DNA from: a virus
Taxonomy: Duplodnaviria > Caudoviricetes
DNA length: 60,578 bases
Virus record (IMG/VR): IMGVR_UViG_3300006735_005646
Span: 1-60,578 of that record
Strand: one strand, 5' to 3'
Part shown: positions 57,038 through 60,578 of the stretch, one piece after another
Layout of the letters: each line of letters starts with the position of its first letter
How positions within the stretch are numbered: position 1 is the stretch's first letter
Program-made: the position numbers and the translations under genes
The notes under the pieces: model-generated
Told to the model about the DNA's origin: nothing
What the model saw: the letters and a program-made list of their open reading frames with translations, nothing else
The model's database searches: none

Positions 57038-58023
57038 TGTAATTCCTTTATTTTCTTTACTAGCATTTCATCTGCCATTTGTAGTTTCTTTACTCTTTCA
57101 AAATTATCTTTGATTGCATTCATTCTATCATAATACATCGAAGGAGTCAATGAATTTACGACATCATTGGCCTTTTCTATATCCTTTGGAATCTGAATAA
57201 TACCATCAGGATTGAAATATTTTCCAATATTTTTTGTTCCCCAGTAAATTGGAATTGTACCAGTTGCGAAGCAGTCAGTTATCTTTTCTGTGAAATAATC
57301 GTCACACTGAGCGTTCTCAAGGACTACAGAGAACATGTAATCATTTAGTGCTTGACTCTTATCATGCCAATCTGGTGCATTAAAAGGAAGATGACAGCCT
57401 GGATTGTGTCCAAAAGGTTTTCCTAAAATGCTTCCGTAAACATCTATAGAGGTTTCATCTGCTTTTCTCCATACTTTTCCTTTGTACTCAATATCTACGA
57501 TACCTTCTTGTTTTTTCTTAAATCTCTCATGTAAGGCATGACGAAATCTGTGTCCTTCACACATCAATTTTGAAGAGCAAATGAAAGAAACTATCTTTGA
57601 CTTTTCGTAAATTTTGTAATTCTCTTTCTTTGTCCACGGAAGATTGCTTCCTGTATAGCAGAAATGTATCTTTTCATGTCTATCCACCAGTTCTTTCTCT
57701 GGTGTGAAGATTCCATCATATACATCTATGAGTTTCTGAAACTGAACTTCATCGTCGAACATTGCTCTGATTTCAGGAATAATGGCATTTGACTCACACA
57801 ACCAGGCCCATCTTTTTTCATATTCTGGTTTTTCTATATCAATTCCTCTTGCAATGTCCATGTCCAAAAACACAACATTGTTGGTCGCTATTTGTGTCCA
57901 TTGAAAAGTTTCTGGCTTATGGTTTGAACAAGAAGACTGATGAAGACTGAATGGCGCACCAATGATACTTACCATGTCATCACCGACTTTTGGAAAGGAT
58001 TCTCTGTATTTCAACTCCATCAT
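57034..58023 (-). CDS. GT10 fucosyltransferase-like protein
   Basis: YMFSVVLEN..YFTEKITDCF..IPIYWG motif. Confidence 0.85.
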   Translation of the reverse strand: MMELKYRESFPKVGDDMVSIIGAPFSLHQSSCSNHKPETFQWTQIATNNVVFLDMDIARGIDIEKPEYEKRWAWLCESNAIIPEIRAMFDDEVQFQKLIDVYDGIFTPEKELVDRHEKIHFCYTGSNLPWTKKENYKIYEKSKIVSFICSSKLMCEGHRFRHALHERFKKKQEGIVDIEYKGKVWRKADETSIDVYGSILGKPFGHNPGCHLPFNAPDWHDKSQALNDYMFSVVLENAQCDDYFTEKITDCFATGTIPIYWGTKNIGKYFNPDGIIQIPKDIEKANDVVNSLTPSMYYDRMNAIKDNFERVKKLQMADEMLVKKIKELQ

Positions 58024-58658
58024 TTTACATCTCCCGGTGATTGCCACTCAATTAAATCTTCTGCCATACCCAATTTTCGTAATGACTCTTTCTTTGACTC
58101 TGCATCTGCAAGTCCCATCGTCACACAAGTATTTTCATTCGTGTGTCCCGGCCAGATACAATACTCTGGTCCAACAAACTTCATGTTCATTTTCTTTGAA
58201 TATTCTGCAACAATACCAAACAAGGGTTCGTGATCAAAGACACCCTTGTCATTTTCAAGAATGTCCTTTGTGGTTGAAATCCACACATTCAACAGTTCTC
58301 TCGCCATTTCAGTATTACCAAAATACAAAGGAGATGCTTTAATACCAGAGAGAAGTCCATTTGCTGTAGCAACCACCATGTCAACAGATTCATCAAACTG
58401 ATCGAAAATATCAAGTGGTTTATGAACTTTGCTGTCGATATCCATCCACAGAAGTGGTCGATTTAATTCATTCAATCTGTCTAGGATGTATTGCGGTTTA
58501 CTGAGACAATTCAATTGGTATGTACCAAGAGTCTCTTTTTCTTGTATGTCATGCGGAATACCTAAAGACTTACATTCACCAATAAGTCGTTTGGCATTAT
58601 CGCTGTAATATGTTCGTTCTTCTATATCGCTATAGAAACTTATCAAAAGTGTGTTCAT
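58020..58658 (-). CDS. GT-A-like hypothetical glycosyltransferase
   Basis: KP.YI..LLWMDIDS (DxD) motif. Confidence 0.6.
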   Translation of the reverse strand: MNTLLISFYSDIEERTYYSDNAKRLIGECKSLGIPHDIQEKETLGTYQLNCLSKPQYILDRLNELNRPLLWMDIDSKVHKPLDIFDQFDESVDMVVATANGLLSGIKASPLYFGNTEMARELLNVWISTTKDILENDKGVFDHEPLFGIVAEYSKKMNMKFVGPEYCIWPGHTNENTCVTMGLADAESKKESLRKLGMAEDLIEWQSPGDVK

Positions 58659-58673
58659 AATATAAATCCATAA

Positions 58674-59078
58674 TCAACTGTTTCCTATATGATATTTAGG
58701 TATCAATTCCCAATCATCTTTATCTTTATAAGACAAAATCTTTATTTGTCCTATATTCGCCATTGGTTCTTCTTCAAACCCCTCGTCAATCACTTGCAAT
58801 AATTCCCATTCTTCTAGAAGGTCTACTATCGTGTTTCTTCTAGCAATATCATTATCTGATGTGTTGCTTTCGAGTCCATCCATTTCAAACAATTCTTTGA
58901 AGTGCATAATTGTATATCTCCCCCGTTTATGGAGGATATGACAAGATTGGTATAATTTTTTTTCTTTTCGGGATGATATTCCAATTCTCGTAAGTGTCTC
59001 TTTGATTTTCAAAAAGTCTTCTTCCGAGTTTAATTTGATTTCAACACCTAGTCCCTTAAAGATATCTTCATTTTCCAT
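58674..59078 (-). CDS. regA: translational repressor RegA
   Basis: FLKIKETLTRIGI..LYQSCHILHKRG and WELIPKY motifs. Confidence 0.95.
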   Translation of the reverse strand: MENEDIFKGLGVEIKLNSEEDFLKIKETLTRIGISSRKEKKLYQSCHILHKRGRYTIMHFKELFEMDGLESNTSDNDIARRNTIVDLLEEWELLQVIDEGFEEEPMANIGQIKILSYKDKDDWELIPKYHIGNS

Positions 59079-59123
59079 AATTTTCTTCCTATTATCACGT
59101 TTGCTGACGTAATATGTATGTAA

Positions 59124-59513
59124 TTATGGATTTATACCCCCTCCAGATAGATATAAACGCATTTCTTCTATATCTTCGGAGGTTAGAAGTGACATTATCT
59201 CTTTCGTCTTGGAGTTTGAATAGCCATAATATTCTTTCACTATGTCAAATTCATCTCCCATCTCATTCTTTACCCATTTACTGAATCTTTTTCTCTTACG
59301 AATGGCACTTTGTAGATAGTCGAATTGCATCTTCTTATCTGTTTGTGCGAATTGATTCATCTGATTAGCATGTAGGATGGTGTCTATGAAATATGAAAGA
59401 CATCGATTCACAACATACGGAGTATATCGTTTCTCTACTTGCTCATCTTCTGTATGCATGAGAGATTCTTTGGAGTAATTTATGGCGTTAAGATAATCAG
59501 TCAGTTTCATCAT
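59124..59513 (-). CDS. gp62: clamp loader small subunit
   Basis: YLNAIN, VNRCLSYF.DT, RKRFSKW and YYGYS motifs. Confidence 0.9.
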   Translation of the reverse strand: MMKLTDYLNAINYSKESLMHTEDEQVEKRYTPYVVNRCLSYFIDTILHANQMNQFAQTDKKMQFDYLQSAIRKRKRFSKWVKNEMGDEFDIVKEYYGYSNSKTKEIMSLLTSEDIEEMRLYLSGGGINP

Positions 59514-59802
59514 AAACCACTGCTACTACATGTTCTCTTTTAATAATATCAAAGTCCGCATGGAGTCCAATTCTGGATCTAGCATCGTATAGAACGGAAT
59601 CTCCCACCTCATATTTTATTGGAGCGATCTGACCAAGTGCATCTGGGACACCAGGTCCCATTGAAAGAATCTTTGCTTCTGCAAAAGAACTATCGAGGAC
59701 TTGACTTGCCTTGATAATGATACCACTATCTGTTGTTTGTTCTTTATCATAATCAGTTTTTTCGACGATAAGATAATCGCCTTGTGCTAAAATTTTACTC
59801 AT
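59497..59802 (-). CDS. GroES-like co-chaperonin
   Basis: GDYLIVE..TTDSGII mobile loop, GPG and VGDSVLY motifs. Confidence 0.8.
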   Translation of the reverse strand: MSKILAQGDYLIVEKTDYDKEQTTDSGIIIKASQVLDSSFAEAKILSMGPGVPDALGQIAPIKYEVGDSVLYDARSRIGLHADFDIIKREHVVAVVYDETD

Positions 59803-60578
59803 TTGAATTCACATCCCATCATAAGTTCGACGATACACGCCACTAGGTTAATTTCTTGATCTGCTACGAATGCAGACTTGTATTGATATTCTGCAAGAAT
59901 CAGAACTGCTTGGGGAATAGAGGATGGTGTTAAATGTTCATATAGTCCATCATAAACTTTTCGGAACAACTCAGACGGGGAATTGTCTAGGTTTTCAACT
60001 GCCCACTTTCTTGCACTGGTGAAGTCCTTACTCTTCATGTACTCCACCAAATCTTTAATATGTATCTCACCAATCTGAGTAAGAATACCAACATCAATAG
60101 AACCAGAAATTGAGTATCTCTGTAGTTCATTCAGAACTCTACGGAAATCAGGAAAGTGCTTCATAATCAATTCAGCAACAACCTTCTCTTCGTAAGGAAT
60201 ACCCTCATTGTCTAGAACATATTTTACTCTGTCCATAAACTGAGAAGCCATCTTTGGTTTCTCTTTCTTTGGAACAGAGAAGTTTATTGATGTACATCGA
60301 GAATGAAGAGGTTCGATGATACGATTTTTGAAGTTGCATGTCAAAATAAATCGACAATTGTTGCTAAACTCTTCAATAAAGCCGCGGAGTGCGGGTTGGG
60401 TAGATTGTGCGTTTGAATAATCAAACTCATCGAGAATCACAATCTTCTTTGCACCAGACAATGAAACTGTACTAGCGAAATTACGAATTTTCGTTCTGAG
60501 GGTATCGATGTTACCGTCTTCAGAACAGTTAATAATAATGTTGTCGGTGTCCAACTCATTACAAAGGGCTTTTGCAAT
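59799..60578 (-). CDS. gp44: clamp loader large subunit (5'-truncated by the window)
   Basis: ILDEFDY, QPALRGFIEEFS, PLHSR and FPDFRR motifs. Confidence 0.95.
   Translation of the reverse strand: MAKALCNELDTDNIIINCSEDGNIDTLRTKIRNFASTVSLSGAKKIVILDEFDYSNAQSTQPALRGFIEEFSNNCRFILTCNFKNRIIEPLHSRCTSINFSVPKKEKPKMASQFMDRVKYVLDNEGIPYEEKVVAELIMKHFPDFRRVLNELQRYSISGSIDVGILTQIGEIHIKDLVEYMKSKDFTSARKWAVENLDNSPSELFRKVYDGLYEHLTPSSIPQAVLILAEYQYKSAFVADQEINLVACIVELMMGCEFK

Noticed and set aside
265-58342. Numerous 60-190 aa antisense or alternate-frame ORFs in the track (e.g. 33584..34150, 25235..25726, 9490..9966, 5089..5364)
   Set aside because: They shadow well-supported genes or structured elements on the other strand or frame and have no RBS or motif support.
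1-60578. Stop-codon reassignment; tRNA genes
   Set aside because: Core genes are full length under code 11 with TAA, TAG and TGA all used as stops; no cloverleaf recognised in the short intergenic gaps.

Overview
A 60.6-kb segment of a large, AT-rich T4-like myovirus genome (standard code, no tRNA, rRNA gene or CRISPR seen). The + strand block (1-14.5 kb) holds late/virion genes. Many carry T4-type capsid-targeting N-termini and (I/L/V)-X-E protease sites. It includes a PD-(D/E)XK exonuclease, a DUF6267-like KxDG protein, a 1543-aa cytidyltransferase/nuclease/SET/HNH multidomain protein and a lysis-like module with an i-type (destabilase) lysozyme. The - strand block holds a RuvC-like protein, a trypsin lipoprotein, a Phycisphaerae-like porin (suggesting a planctomycete host), the replication core (nrdJ, thyX, gp61, gp41, gp40, uvsX, gp43, dut, regA, gp62, gp44), fibre/collagen genes and a 27-gene, ~23.7-kb glycan-synthesis island. 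The most striking non-coding signal is at 5065-5346. A late promoter drives a 40-aa membrane peptide followed by a perfect 17-bp stem and an intrinsic terminator. The stem's loop is complementary to the 3' end of 16S rRNA (anti-SD plus helix 45, in the native register), making it a candidate phage-encoded ribosome-binding RNA. All family calls are from motif recognition, not database searches.
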